Below the pieces are notes generated by a model. The model was not told where the DNA came from and ran no database searches. It saw only the letters and a list, made by a program, of their open reading frames with translations. A DNA stretch of 64,000 bases from NCBI GenBank assembly GCA_049323275.1, contig JBMOOM010000058.1, positions 11,177-75,176 of the forward strand, written 5' to 3'. Numbering within the stretch: position 1 is the stretch's first letter; the number at the start of each line of letters is the position of its first letter. The position numbers were made by a program, and so were the translations under genes. The stretch comes from Pseudomonadota bacterium (GTDB taxonomy: Bacteria > Pseudomonadota > Alphaproteobacteria > Rhizobiales > Aestuariivirgaceae). Shown in pieces: positions 7,922 to 17,790 of the stretch.

Positions 7922-10859
7922 AGGCGGCCCAGTAATAGGGATGTGCGGTAGCGGCTGTGTCTGTCGTCCCGCCAGAGTCTTCGATGACTGTCATGGCACG
8001 GCTGGCGAGAGTAGTAGACTCCCGGTGGCCGCGCAGCAGCTCGAGTTGGGCGCGCCGCAAGGCGTGAGCCTTATCGAGGCCTTGTCTGATCAGCCCGTCA
8101 TAGAAATCCGTCATCAGTGTAGCGGTGGAGTCGTCGGCGATCTGCCATAGCGTCGAAAGGACGGCGGAGGCGCCCTTGGCCTGCGCCAGCATGCCGAGGC
8201 TCTCGATCTCCTCGCCCTCGGCGCCGCCGCCAAGCGCAGTCTCACAAGCTGACAGTGTGAGGAGCTCGGTTCCCCGAAAGCGAAATCTTTTCTGGGTCCG
8301 CAATTGGTTGAGGGTCAGGCCGTTGCCATCGCCGAGAAGTAGATAGGAATTGGTTTCGTTGCCGGGTCGGAAGCGGAAGTGACTGGCGATATGAAGTATC
8401 TGGGTCTCCGACGATAGTGTCCGCGCCAGGCTTTTCGCAGTGAATGCATCATCGAGCTTGGGCGTGCCGCCGACAACACCAATGACGGCGGCGAGTTCGC
8501 GCGCGGCGCCGGGCAGCGCCGCGAAGCCAGGATGCTCCCGTGTCACGCCGAAGCCCGCGCCGTTGAGCTTGCCGCGGCGCATCGCGGTGAATTTCGTGCG
8601 ATTGGCCGGATTGTAGAGTGCCAGCGCGAAATCCTCGATGAGATACCGCTTGCCGTCGTGAAGCGCCGCGTAGGGGACGTAGCGCAGGAAGCCGGACAGA
8701 TCGAGGAGCAGGACTGGCGCAACCGCGTCGCCGCGCATGACGGCCTCATCGAGGTCGGGGCGCACCGGCTTGATGAGTTGATCATAGAGGCCGGCGAGTT
8801 GGCCCTTCGCGTCATCGCGCCGGCTCTTGACGGCGTCAATGGCCGTGAAGACCAGTCTGGCGAGTTCCGGACGGCTGATCGGCACCTTGCGCCGGATCGT
8901 CTCGTGGCCGGCCTTGCTCACGAAGAAATAAAGTCCGTCCTCGAGGCTTATGATCTGGAGGAGAATGGTGTCGGGGCCCATGCTGCGGAGATCGGCCTCG
9001 ATCCGCTGGGCGTAACGCTGTCCGGATTCGAACTTCGCCTTTCGCGCCAGGAGATTTGCGGATTCAAAGCGACCGATGAGGCTGCGGGTTGCTGAGAGGA
9101 AGGCGCGCACCGCCTGATCTCGCCTGAGTTTCAGGGTCTGCTGCCGGGACCGATATTCGTCCTCCGATATTCCCGCCGCCTCGCGTGTGGCCATCGACTC
9201 CCTGATCTCGGCGGCAATCTGGAAGACAGGGGTCATGGCGGACCGTATGTCGGCCTGAAGTTTCTCCTCGGCCGCTGTGAGGCGGACATTGCCTGGTTCG
9301 ATATCGGGATCTGCCGGCGACCGGCCGGTGCCATTTTGTGTGAATTCGTAGAATTCCTGTTGCTTGAGCAGGCCGCCGACGAACTGTGCCTCGGAGTATT
9401 GGCCGTCTTCGAGCAGCAGTTCCGAGAGCAGAAGATAGGAAGGCTGAAAGCTCTGACCGAGCTTGGCGCGTAACATGTCCGACAGATTTCCGTTGCGGGC
9501 GCGGACGTCCTGATGTGCATTGACGGCCTGCTTGGCGAAAAAGACGGCGCTCGCCCGGGCGCCTCTGGCCCTCGAAGCGCGTGCCAGCATCCGATACGTA
9601 TAGCGCTGATTGTCGACATCCGCGCTGCTGGCGCCCGTCTGGATGAGCAATGCCTGCAGGCCGTCGTCGAGCGCCGCATCGTAGCGATGGAGTTTGCGCG
9701 ATGTGTTGCCGATGCGGGCGAGCATGGTGGCGGCCTCGGGGTGATCGGGCCCATAGGTATCGACGATGATCTTGAACGCTCTCCGGTAGTTCGTCAGGGC
9801 GTCCTCATGCTCTCCGAGATCGTCGTCCACATTGCCGAGATTGATGAGGGGATGCATCATCTCAACCTGATCGGGTCCGTAGTGGCTTTCCAAGATTTCC
9901 GCCGCGGCGCGATACTCCGCGCGTGCCGCGTCGTAGCGCTGCAGACCTTGATAGGCGAGGCCCAGTATGCTGCGCGTCGCCGCCACTGTGCGCGGGTCCG
10001 GAGACGCGGCCTTGGCGTAAAGCGCGAGAGCGGACTGCGCCGCTTCGGCCGCATCCTGGTTCTGTCCCAAGAGGTTGTAGGTGCGGCTCCTGGTCTTCAG
10101 GACATCGGCGATCTTTGCGGATGCGGGATCGCCCAGCCCGACATAGACGGCTTGGGCCCGATCGAGCGCTGCGAGCGCTTCGCCATAGCGGGCAAGGCTT
10201 ATGAGGCTGATCGCCTCGTTCTGATAGAGATTGCCGATGAGCTCGTTGTCGCGTCCCATGAGCTGGACAATGATCGCAACGGCTTTCTCGGTGGCGGCAA
10301 GCGATTCCTCCTGGCGGCCCGCGCCGGCGAGCCCATTTGCGAGATTCATATAGGCCCCGGCGACCTGCGGGTGGTTCTGCCTCAACTTGCGCTCGAAGAT
10401 GCGACGGGCGGCGTCATAGGCGACAATCGCTTCCTCGAAGCGACCGAGCTTCTCATAGGTGAAGCCGAGCTGCGACTGGATGTTGGCTTCGAGAAAATCC
10501 GCTCTGCCGCTCTTGCGCGCGAGGCCCAGGGCAATGTCGGCGAGGCGCAAGGCTTTGTTGAGATCGCCGGGCCTGCCTCTCTCCCTGAGAGCGAAGCTCA
10601 GCAGGTAGATCGCATTGGGATCCTTGGTTTGGGCGAGAGGGGCGAACAGGCTGATGGCCATGTCGACATCCCGCTCGACCCCGTTGCCGTCCAGATAGGC
10701 CTCGCCGAGCGCGATCATCGCTCCCGGATCGCCGGCTTGGGCGCGGTGGGTAAGGAAAAGTATATCCGGCGGTGCGGGATTTTGCGCCCGGCAAAGATCC
10801 GCAAAGCCCGGAAGTGCCAGGAGAAACACCAGCCAAAGGACAAGCAGTCGCCGTTGCAT
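7896..10859 (-). CDS. Secreted Sel1/TPR-repeat protein with C-terminal CHAT (caspase-like) domain
   Basis: Likely start MQRRLLVLWLVFLLALPGFA (signal peptide); Sel1 repeat AMIALGEAYLDGNGVERD; many TPRs; CHAT catalytic motifs LHIASHF and LTLSACET; C-terminal HPYYWAAFILMG. Confidence 0.88.
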   Translation of the reverse strand: MQRRLLVLWLVFLLALPGFADLCRAQNPAPPDILFLTHRAQAGDPGAMIALGEAYLDGNGVERDVDMAISLFAPLAQTKDPNAIYLLSFALRERGRPGDLNKALRLADIALGLARKSGRADFLEANIQSQLGFTYEKLGRFEEAIVAYDAARRIFERKLRQNHPQVAGAYMNLANGLAGAGRQEESLAATEKAVAIIVQLMGRDNELIGNLYQNEAISLISLARYGEALAALDRAQAVYVGLGDPASAKIADVLKTRSRTYNLLGQNQDAAEAAQSALALYAKAASPDPRTVAATRSILGLAYQGLQRYDAARAEYRAAAEILESHYGPDQVEMMHPLINLGNVDDDLGEHEDALTNYRRAFKIIVDTYGPDHPEAATMLARIGNTSRKLHRYDAALDDGLQALLIQTGASSADVDNQRYTYRMLARASRARGARASAVFFAKQAVNAHQDVRARNGNLSDMLRAKLGQSFQPSYLLLSELLLEDGQYSEAQFVGGLLKQQEFYEFTQNGTGRSPADPDIEPGNVRLTAAEEKLQADIRSAMTPVFQIAAEIRESMATREAAGISEDEYRSRQQTLKLRRDQAVRAFLSATRSLIGRFESANLLARKAKFESGQRYAQRIEADLRSMGPDTILLQIISLEDGLYFFVSKAGHETIRRKVPISRPELARLVFTAIDAVKSRRDDAKGQLAGLYDQLIKPVRPDLDEAVMRGDAVAPVLLLDLSGFLRYVPYAALHDGKRYLIEDFALALYNPANRTKFTAMRRGKLNGAGFGVTREHPGFAALPGAARELAAVIGVVGGTPKLDDAFTAKSLARTLSSETQILHIASHFRFRPGNETNSYLLLGDGNGLTLNQLRTQKRFRFRGTELLTLSACETALGGGAEGEEIESLGMLAQAKGASAVLSTLWQIADDSTATLMTDFYDGLIRQGLDKAHALRRAQLELLRGHRESTTLASRAMTVIEDSGGTTDTAATAHPYYWAAFILMGNWK

Positions 10860-11023
10860 GCGCCGTCCGGACAGGGAAACGATGAGGATATTGCCCTTCC
10901 TTTGCGGGATTTTGAAGGCGACCGTGGGACTCATCGCCGCGCCGGGCCTCAGTTCTTGCGGCGGGTAAGGCTCTAGGCTAGGTAAGTCTCCTCAGATTCC
11001 AAGGTTTTGAGGGGATTTCCGAC

Positions 11024-11311
11024 ATGGCGGAGCAATCGGTGGACCACCATCTGGATATGGATGCGCATCGCAGGACCTATAGCGCCTTTATCCGGGGCTC
11101 GGTGGCGCTCGGCATCATCTGCGGCTTCGTGCTCGTCGCGCTGGCCTCCTTCGCCTTCGGCAAGTCCTTGAATGTATTCATCGGTTTCGCGGGCCTGATC
11201 GTCGGCTGCATCGCCGTCATGATCGACGCGCGCTCGGGCTCGCAGCGCTGGCTCCTGTCCGCCGGTGTCCTCGTGCTTTTCGGACTGATCACCGCCGTCA
11301 ACGTCGGCTAG
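11024..11311 (+). CDS. aa3-type cytochrome c oxidase subunit IV family small membrane protein
   Basis: MDMDAHRRTYSAFIR followed by TM helices; typical position upstream of pntA in Rhizobiales. Confidence 0.7.
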   Translation: MAEQSVDHHLDMDAHRRTYSAFIRGSVALGIICGFVLVALASFAFGKSLNVFIGFAGLIVGCIAVMIDARSGSQRWLLSAGVLVLFGLITAVNVG

Positions 11312-11323
11312 GACCTCCGACAT

Positions 11324-12436
11324 ATGAAGATCGCGGTCTCAGCCGAAACTTACCCGGGCGAGAGCCGCGTTGCGGCGACGCCCGATACCATCAAGGCCTT
11401 CGTCAAGAAGGGCTTCGACGTCGCCGTCGAGTCGGGTGCGGGCAAGGGCGCCTTCATTTCGGATGACGCTTTCGCCGGCGCTGGCGCCAATATCGGCAAT
11501 GGCGAGGCGGCGCGCAAGGATGCCGACATCCTGCTCAGCGTCCGCCGTCCCGAAGCACAGGCCACGGGCTCGCTCAAGAAGGGCGCCCTGGTGACGGCCA
11601 TCCTGGACCCCTATGGCGACCGGCCGGGCCTCGAGGCGCTCGCCAGGCAGGGCCTGACCCTGTTCGCCATGGAGCTGATGCCGCGCATCACGCGGGCCCA
11701 GTCGATGGACGTGCTGTCGTCGCAGGCCAATCTCGCCGGCTACAAGGCGGTGATCGACGCCGCCGCGCAGTTCGGCCGCGCCTTTCCGATGATGATGACG
11801 GCGGCGGGCACGGTGCCGCCGGCCAAGGTCTTCATCATGGGCGTCGGCGTCGCCGGCCTGCAGGCCATCGCCACGGCGCGCCGCCTCGGCGCCATCGTGT
11901 CGGCGACCGACGTGCGCAAGGCGACGGAAGAGCAGGTCAAGAGCCTCGGCGCCAAATTCGTCTTCGCCGACGTCGCCGATGCGGCCACCGCCGGCGGCTA
12001 TGCCCGCGAGCTCTCGGCCGAGGACAAGGCCAAGCAGGCGGCGCTCGTCGCCGAGCATATCAAGACCCAGGACATCGTCATCACCACCGCCCTCATTCCG
12101 GGCCGGCCGGCGCCGGTGCTGGTGACCCAGGAAATGGTCGAGACGATGAAGCCCGGCTCGGTGATCGTCGATCTGGCGGTCGAGCGCGGCGGCAACTGCC
12201 CGCTGTCGAAACCGGGCGAGATCGTCCTCCACAAGGGCGTGACGATCATGGGCAATCTCAATCTGGCCGGCCGCCTCGCCGGCAATGCCTCGCCGCTCTA
12301 CGCCAAGAATCTGCTGAACTTCCTCGATCCGCTGATCAAGGAGGGGGCGCTCAAGATCGACTGGGCGGACGAGATCATCACCGGCACGCTTGTCGCCAAG
12401 GACGGCGAGCTGGTGCACAAGATGTTCAAATCCTGA
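11324..12436 (+). CDS. pntAA: NAD(P) transhydrogenase subunit alpha part 1
   Basis: [46 protein letters not shown]. Confidence 0.96.
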   Translation: MKIAVSAETYPGESRVAATPDTIKAFVKKGFDVAVESGAGKGAFISDDAFAGAGANIGNGEAARKDADILLSVRRPEAQATGSLKKGALVTAILDPYGDRPGLEALARQGLTLFAMELMPRITRAQSMDVLSSQANLAGYKAVIDAAAQFGRAFPMMMTAAGTVPPAKVFIMGVGVAGLQAIATARRLGAIVSATDVRKATEEQVKSLGAKFVFADVADAATAGGYARELSAEDKAKQAALVAEHIKTQDIVITTALIPGRPAPVLVTQEMVETMKPGSVIVDLAVERGGNCPLSKPGEIVLHKGVTIMGNLNLAGRLAGNASPLYAKNLLNFLDPLIKEGALKIDWADEIITGTLVAKDGELVHKMFKS

Positions 12437-12450
12437 GGGGCCTGCCTGCG

Positions 12451-12783
12451 ATGGAACATGCGATCGATCCCTTCGTCTCGCTTTTCGCGATCTTCGTGCT
12501 GGCCGTCTTCGTCGGCTATTACGTGGTGTGGAACGTCACGCCGGCGCTGCACACGCCGCTCATGTCGGTCACCAACGCGATCTCCTCGGTGATCGTGGTC
12601 GGAGCGCTGCTCGCGGTCGGCGCCGGCGCCATCGCGTCGGGCTCGACGCTGGCGATGATCTTCGGCTTCCTGGCGCTCATCCTCGCCTCGGTCAACATCT
12701 TCGGCGGCTTCCTGGTCACCCAGCGCATGCTGGCGATGTACAAGAAGAAGGACCCGGCCGCCAAGTCGGCGAAGAGCCACTGA
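12451..12783 (+). CDS. pntAB: NAD(P) transhydrogenase subunit alpha part 2
   Basis: [18 protein letters not shown]...[16 protein letters not shown]. Confidence 0.95.
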   Translation: MEHAIDPFVSLFAIFVLAVFVGYYVVWNVTPALHTPLMSVTNAISSVIVVGALLAVGAGAIASGSTLAMIFGFLALILASVNIFGGFLVTQRMLAMYKKKDPAAKSAKSH

Positions 12784-13349
12784 TGCCGCAACTGAGGGGA
12801 CTTCGGGGGCGTCTTCTCGCGGCCATCGCCGCGCTGTTCTGTTTCGCGGGCGCGCCCGCTGTGCCGGCACGCGATCTGACCGATGCCGAGACGACGACGC
12901 TCGGCGCCGCCGTCGAGATCTACGACAAGGCGATGGAAGGCAAGGATGTGGCGGTTCTCGTCAAGGCCATCCCGCCGCGCATCATCAAGCAGATGGCGGA
13001 GCACGACAAAGCGAGCGAGGACGACATCCGCAAGGCGCTGGGCGATCTGATCGGCCAGACACTGGAAGCGCTGCCGGTTCATTCCTTCACCCTGGACATG
13101 GCCAGGGCCGAACATGGGCAGGTGGCGGATGGAACACCCTATCTGCTCATCCCGACCGAGACGGTGATGACGACCGGGGGCGAGGGCAAGACCCTCATGC
13201 GCTCGGCAACGCTGGCGCTTCTCGACGACGGCGCCTGGTACCTGGTGCGCGGCAGCGATGCCCAGCAGGTCGCCAGCCTGCGCGAAGCTTATCCCGAATA
13301 TGAAGCGGTGGCCTTCCCGGACGCCACCATGGAGCTGGTCAAGGAATAG
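12783..13349 (+). CDS. Hypothetical exported protein inside the pnt operon
   Basis: ATG overlaps the pntAB stop (TGATG); signal-peptide-like LLAAIAALFCFAGAPAVPA; ends 2 nt before pntB. Confidence 0.75.
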   Translation: MPQLRGLRGRLLAAIAALFCFAGAPAVPARDLTDAETTTLGAAVEIYDKAMEGKDVAVLVKAIPPRIIKQMAEHDKASEDDIRKALGDLIGQTLEALPVHSFTLDMARAEHGQVADGTPYLLIPTETVMTTGGEGKTLMRSATLALLDDGAWYLVRGSDAQQVASLREAYPEYEAVAFPDATMELVKE

Positions 13350-13351
13350 TC

Positions 13352-14749
13352 ATGAGCGCTTCACTCGCCGCCTTCCTCTACCTGGTCTCGGGCGCCCTGT
13401 TCATCATGGCGCTGCGCGGCCTGTCGAGCCCCGAATCCTCGCGCCAGGGCAATCTCTACGGCATGATCGGCATGGGGCTCGCCATCGTGACGACGCTGCT
13501 GCTTTCGGCGCCGGCGAGCGGGTTCGCCTGGGGGCTCATCATCGCCGGCATCGCCATCGGCGGCGCCATCGGCGCGGTCACCGCCAAGCGCATCGCCATG
13601 ACGGCCATGCCGCAGCTCGTCGCCGCCTTCCACTCTCTGGTCGGTCTCGCCGCCGTCTTCGTGGCCGCCGCCGCCTATTATGCGCCGGAAGCCTTCGGCA
13701 TCGCCACCAATGGCGAGATCCACGCCCAGAGCCGCATCGAGATGGCGCTTGGCGCCGCCATCGGCGCCTTGACCTTCACCGGCTCGATCATCGCCTTCCT
13801 GAAGCTCGACGGGCGGATGAGCGGCAAGCCGATCATCCTGCCGGCCCGCCATCTCATCAATATCGCGCTCGGCGCGGCGCTGCTCGTCTTCATCTACCTC
13901 TTTTTCGCGAGCCAGAGCGCGCTGGCCTTCTGGCTGATCATCATCATCGCCCTGGTTCTGGGCTTCCTGCTCATCGTGCCGATCGGCGGCGCCGACATGC
14001 CGGTCGTCATCTCGATGCTCAATTCCTATTCGGGCTGGGCGGCGGCAGGCATCGGCTTCACGCTCGCCAATACCGCGCTCATCATCACCGGCGCGCTGGT
14101 CGGCTCTTCGGGCGCCATCCTTTCCTACATCATGTGCAAGGGCATGAACCGCTCCTTCATCAGCGTGATCCTGGGCGGCTTCGGCGGCGAGACCGCGGCC
14201 GCGGCGGGCGGGGGTGAGGCGAGGCCCGTCAAGCAGGGCTCGGCCGACGACGCGGCCTTCATCATGAAGAACGCCGGCTCGGTCATCATCGTGCCGGGCT
14301 ACGGCATGGCGGTGGCGCAGGCCCAGCATGCGCTGCGCGAGATGGCCGATCATCTCAAGAAGGCCGGCGTCACGGTCAAATACGCCATCCATCCGGTGGC
14401 GGGCCGCATGCCCGGGCATATGAACGTGCTCCTGGCCGAAGCCAACGTGCCCTATGACGAGGTGTTCGAGCTCGAGGACATCAATTCCGAATTCGCGCAG
14501 TCGGACGTCGCTTTCGTCATCGGCGCCAATGACGTGACCAATCCCGCCGCCAAGGACGACCCGGCCTCGCCGATCTACGGCATGCCGGTGCTCGAAGTGT
14601 GGAAGGCGAATACGGTGATGTTCATCAAGCGCGGCATGTCGTCGGGCTATGCCGGCATCGATAACGGGCTGTTCTATCGCGACAACACGATGATGCTGTT
14701 CGGCGACGCCAAGAAGATGACGGAAGAGATCGTCAAGGCGATGGGCTGA
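13352..14749 (+). CDS. pntB: NAD(P) transhydrogenase subunit beta
   Basis: MPQLVAAFHSLVGLAAV, GGADMPVVISMLNSYSGWA, VPGYGMAVAQAQH, HPVAGRMPGHMNVLLAEA. Confidence 0.97.
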   Translation: MSASLAAFLYLVSGALFIMALRGLSSPESSRQGNLYGMIGMGLAIVTTLLLSAPASGFAWGLIIAGIAIGGAIGAVTAKRIAMTAMPQLVAAFHSLVGLAAVFVAAAAYYAPEAFGIATNGEIHAQSRIEMALGAAIGALTFTGSIIAFLKLDGRMSGKPIILPARHLINIALGAALLVFIYLFFASQSALAFWLIIIIALVLGFLLIVPIGGADMPVVISMLNSYSGWAAAGIGFTLANTALIITGALVGSSGAILSYIMCKGMNRSFISVILGGFGGETAAAAGGGEARPVKQGSADDAAFIMKNAGSVIIVPGYGMAVAQAQHALREMADHLKKAGVTVKYAIHPVAGRMPGHMNVLLAEANVPYDEVFELEDINSEFAQSDVAFVIGANDVTNPAAKDDPASPIYGMPVLEVWKANTVMFIKRGMSSGYAGIDNGLFYRDNTMMLFGDAKKMTEEIVKAMG

Positions 14750-14755
14750 TCCCTG

Positions 14756-15427
14756 ATGGGGTTCGACTTCGAGCGCGACGGCGTCGCGCTCAGCGAGAAC
14801 GCCGTCGGCGCCGATATCGTCACGAAGCTGGCAGAAGAGTTCGAGGCGGCAGGTGTGCGGGTCGGCGCGCGCCCCTTTGAGCTGTCGGCGACCGTCAGGA
14901 CCTTGATCGGCCCGGACGGCGCGCTCGGCCGGCGGGCGCGCGAGCTGTCGGGCGCGGCGCCGAGGCCGGTGCGTGTCCTCGCTTTCGACAAGACGCCCGC
15001 CGCCAACTGGCATCTGCCCTGGCACCAGGACCGGGTCATCGCGGTGAAGCGCCGGATCGATCTCGAGGGCTTCGGCACCTGGACGGTCAAAGGCGGCCGG
15101 CCGCATGTCGAGGCGCCGGCGAGCCTGCTCGAGAAGATGTTCAACCTGCGCCTTCATCTCGATGACTGCGATGCCGGCAATGGCGCGCTGAAAGTGCTGC
15201 CCGGCACGCATCGTCTCGGCCGCCTGAGCGATGCCGAGGTCAAGGCGGCCGCGGCGAAGGGCGAGGCCATATTGTGCGAAGTCAAAGCCGGCGGACTGCT
15301 CGCCATGAAGGCCCTGGCGCTTCATGCCAGCGACGCCTCGACCTCGCAGCGTCGCAGGCGCGTGCTGCATGTCGATTATTGCTGGGGCGAACTGCCGAAG
15401 GAACTCGACTGGGCGCTCGCCATCTGA
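14756..15427 (+). CDS. Phytanoyl-CoA dioxygenase family 2OG-Fe(II) oxygenase
   Basis: FDKTPAANWHLPWHQD...HLDDC...LHAS...RRVLHVDY (HxD...H triad). Confidence 0.85.
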   Translation: MGFDFERDGVALSENAVGADIVTKLAEEFEAAGVRVGARPFELSATVRTLIGPDGALGRRARELSGAAPRPVRVLAFDKTPAANWHLPWHQDRVIAVKRRIDLEGFGTWTVKGGRPHVEAPASLLEKMFNLRLHLDDCDAGNGALKVLPGTHRLGRLSDAEVKAAAAKGEAILCEVKAGGLLAMKALALHASDASTSQRRRRVLHVDYCWGELPKELDWALAI

Positions 15428-15651
15428 GGACTCGACCGTGAATAAGTTCCCGAGGCAGCTATAGGCTGTGCCGTCCGGAGGCTCGCGGTCCAGGAAGGTC
15501 TTGCGGCCCGTCGCCGACCGTCCTACAGGCCTCCAGGGGCAGGCGCTGAACCAGCCGGTACCGGAAAGCTTCACGGTCTCGCTGTTAACCCGCCACGCAA
15601 TCGTCTAGATTTACGGTCATTTACCGCGCCCTGAGGTTCGCAAAGCCACCC

Positions 15652-16758
15652 ATGACCGACGCCAAAGAACATACGGTTCTCGAACTGCCGAAAGTCTATC
15701 TGGTCCGCATGATGGTCTTCATGCTGGTCGTCATCATCCTCGCGGTCGTGCTTTTTCCCCATATGCAACGGGCCTTTATGGCCAATGCGGGCCTCAATGG
15801 CGTGATCATCGGGGCGCTCCTCCTGGGCGTCATCTATTCCTTCCGCATGGTCTGGCGGCTGTGGCCGGAGATCAGCTGGGTCAACAGCTTCAAGATCAAC
15901 GATCCGAACCACGATACGACTCACACGCCGCGGTTGCTGGGTCCGATGGCGACACTCTTCCGCGACCGGCCCAACCGGACGGTGCTGTCGCCTCTGTCGA
16001 TGCGCTCGCTGCTCGATTCGCTCGCCTCCCGTCTCGACGAGGCGCGCGACATCTCGCGCTACCTGGTCGGCCTTCTGATCTTCCTCGGCCTCCTCGGCAC
16101 CTTCTGGGGCCTGCTCGAAACCGTGACCTCGGTCGGCGACGCGATCCGCGCGCTCGACGTCTCCTCGGCCCAGTCAGCCACCGTCTTCGAGGAATTGAAA
16201 AGCGGCCTCGAAGCGCCTTTGTCCGGCATGGGCCTCGCTTTTTCGTCCTCGCTTTTCGGCCTCGCCGGCTCGCTGATCCTGGGCTTCCTCGAATTGCAGG
16301 CCAACCAGGCGCAGAATCGCTTCTACAACGATCTCGAAGACTGGCTGTCGACCATCACCGACCTCCAGGCCGGCGAAAGCGGATCGCTCGCCGTACCGCA
16401 TTATCTCAGGCTCGACATGGCGGGCCTGCAGAAGGGCATCGAGCGCATCAACCAGACTCTCGATGAGGCTCTGGCCGCCGAGCCGGCGCCATCGGCGCCA
16501 GCACCGGCGCCGGTCTCCTCGGCGCTGGGCATGCCGGCGCTCTCCGCCCAGGACGGCGAATCCATGGAGAAACTCGCCGACGCCGTGGCGAGTCTCGTTC
16601 AGCAGATGCGCGAGGAGCAGAAGATCGTCCGGCAATGGGCGCAGGCCCAGCAGGTCCAGCAGAACGAGATGCAGAAGCTCATCCTGCGCGCCGCCAAGCA
16701 GCCGCCGCAGAGCCCGGCGAGCCGGTTCAGCCAGGCCGCCGCCGTCGAGGACGAATAG
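15652..16758 (+). CDS. MotA/TolQ/ExbB family proton channel protein (non-flagellar)
   Basis: LIFLGLLGTFWGLL and GMGLAFSSSLFGLAGSLIL helices; long C-terminal tail. Confidence 0.85.
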   Translation: MTDAKEHTVLELPKVYLVRMMVFMLVVIILAVVLFPHMQRAFMANAGLNGVIIGALLLGVIYSFRMVWRLWPEISWVNSFKINDPNHDTTHTPRLLGPMATLFRDRPNRTVLSPLSMRSLLDSLASRLDEARDISRYLVGLLIFLGLLGTFWGLLETVTSVGDAIRALDVSSAQSATVFEELKSGLEAPLSGMGLAFSSSLFGLAGSLILGFLELQANQAQNRFYNDLEDWLSTITDLQAGESGSLAVPHYLRLDMAGLQKGIERINQTLDEALAAEPAPSAPAPAPVSSALGMPALSAQDGESMEKLADAVASLVQQMREEQKIVRQWAQAQQVQQNEMQKLILRAAKQPPQSPASRFSQAAAVEDE

Positions 16759-16761
16759 CCC

Positions 16762-17790
16762 ATGGCGCAAGCCCTTTCGCGGCGCCGGCGCCATGACGAT
16801 GCGCCCTACTGGCCGGGTTTCGTCGACGCGATGGCGCAGCTGCTGCTCGTCATCACCTTCCTCCTGTCGGTCTTCATCGTCGCGCAGTTCCTTCTGGCCC
16901 GCGAGATCTCGGGGCAGGACAGCGCGCTCGGCCAGCTTCGCTCGCAGATCGCCGAGCTGACCCAGCTCCTGGCCCTCGAGAAATCGGCCAAGGCCGAGCT
17001 CGAGCTCAACCTGGCGACGCTCGGCGACGATCTCCAGGCCGAGAAGACCAAATCGTCCAACCTCATGCTGCAGCTCGAGGGCGAAGAGACCAAGGGCGAA
17101 AGCGCCGGCTCCACCATTTCCGGCCTGCGCACCGCGCTCGACCAGGAGAAGCAGCTGTCCGCCGATGCGCTCGCCAAAGTCGAGCTGCTGAACCAGCAGC
17201 TCGCCGCCTTGCGCCGGCAGATCGCGGCGCTGTCCGGCCTTCTCGCCGATGCCGAAACGCGCTCGCGCACCGACCAGGCGCAGATCATCGATCTCGGCAA
17301 GCGGCTCAATTCGGCGCTGGCGCAGCGTGTGCAGGAATTGACCCGCTACCGCTCGGAATTCTTCGGCCGGCTGCGCAAGATCCTGAGCCAGCGCTCGGAC
17401 ATCCTGGTGGTCGGCGACCGCTTCGTCTTCCAGTCGGAAGTGCTGTTCCCGAAGGGCTCGGCGACCATCAATCCGGCGGGCCTCGTCGAGATGAACAAGC
17501 TCGCCACGGCGCTGAAGGAGCTCGAGGCCGAGATTCCGCCCGACATCGCCTGGGTGCTGCGCGTCGACGGCCACACCGACACCGATCCGATCCAGACGGC
17601 CTTCAAGTCGAACTGGGAGCTGTCCTCGGCGCGCGCCATCGCCGTCGTCAACTACCTGATCCAGCAGGGAATCAACCCCAAGCATCTGGTGGCGGCGGGC
17701 TTCGGCGAATTCCAGCCGCTCGATCCGGGCGACAGCGAAGAGGCCAAGACGCGCAACCGCCGCATCGAGCTCAAGCTCACCGAACGTTGA
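16762..17790 (+). CDS. MotB/OmpA family peptidoglycan-binding protein with coiled coil
   Basis: TM WPGFVDAMAQLLLV with the conserved Asp; coiled coil; OmpA domain VDGHTD...NWELSSARA...RNRRIE. Confidence 0.88.
   Translation: MAQALSRRRRHDDAPYWPGFVDAMAQLLLVITFLLSVFIVAQFLLAREISGQDSALGQLRSQIAELTQLLALEKSAKAELELNLATLGDDLQAEKTKSSNLMLQLEGEETKGESAGSTISGLRTALDQEKQLSADALAKVELLNQQLAALRRQIAALSGLLADAETRSRTDQAQIIDLGKRLNSALAQRVQELTRYRSEFFGRLRKILSQRSDILVVGDRFVFQSEVLFPKGSATINPAGLVEMNKLATALKELEAEIPPDIAWVLRVDGHTDTDPIQTAFKSNWELSSARAIAVVNYLIQQGINPKHLVAAGFGEFQPLDPGDSEEAKTRNRRIELKLTER

Noticed and set aside
11024-11311. Cytochrome oxidase subunit IV far from the cox operon
   Set aside because: Its position upstream of pntA is, to my recollection, common in Rhizobiales
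13361-15574. Long antisense ORFs (this one, 33873-35996, 48668-50713, 2902-4479 and others)
   Set aside because: Shadow frames of well-supported genes, expected in high-GC DNA; no motifs
15652-17790. Zorya (ZorAB) antiphage system
   Set aside because: No zorC/D/E neighbours; housekeeping context and host-like codon usage
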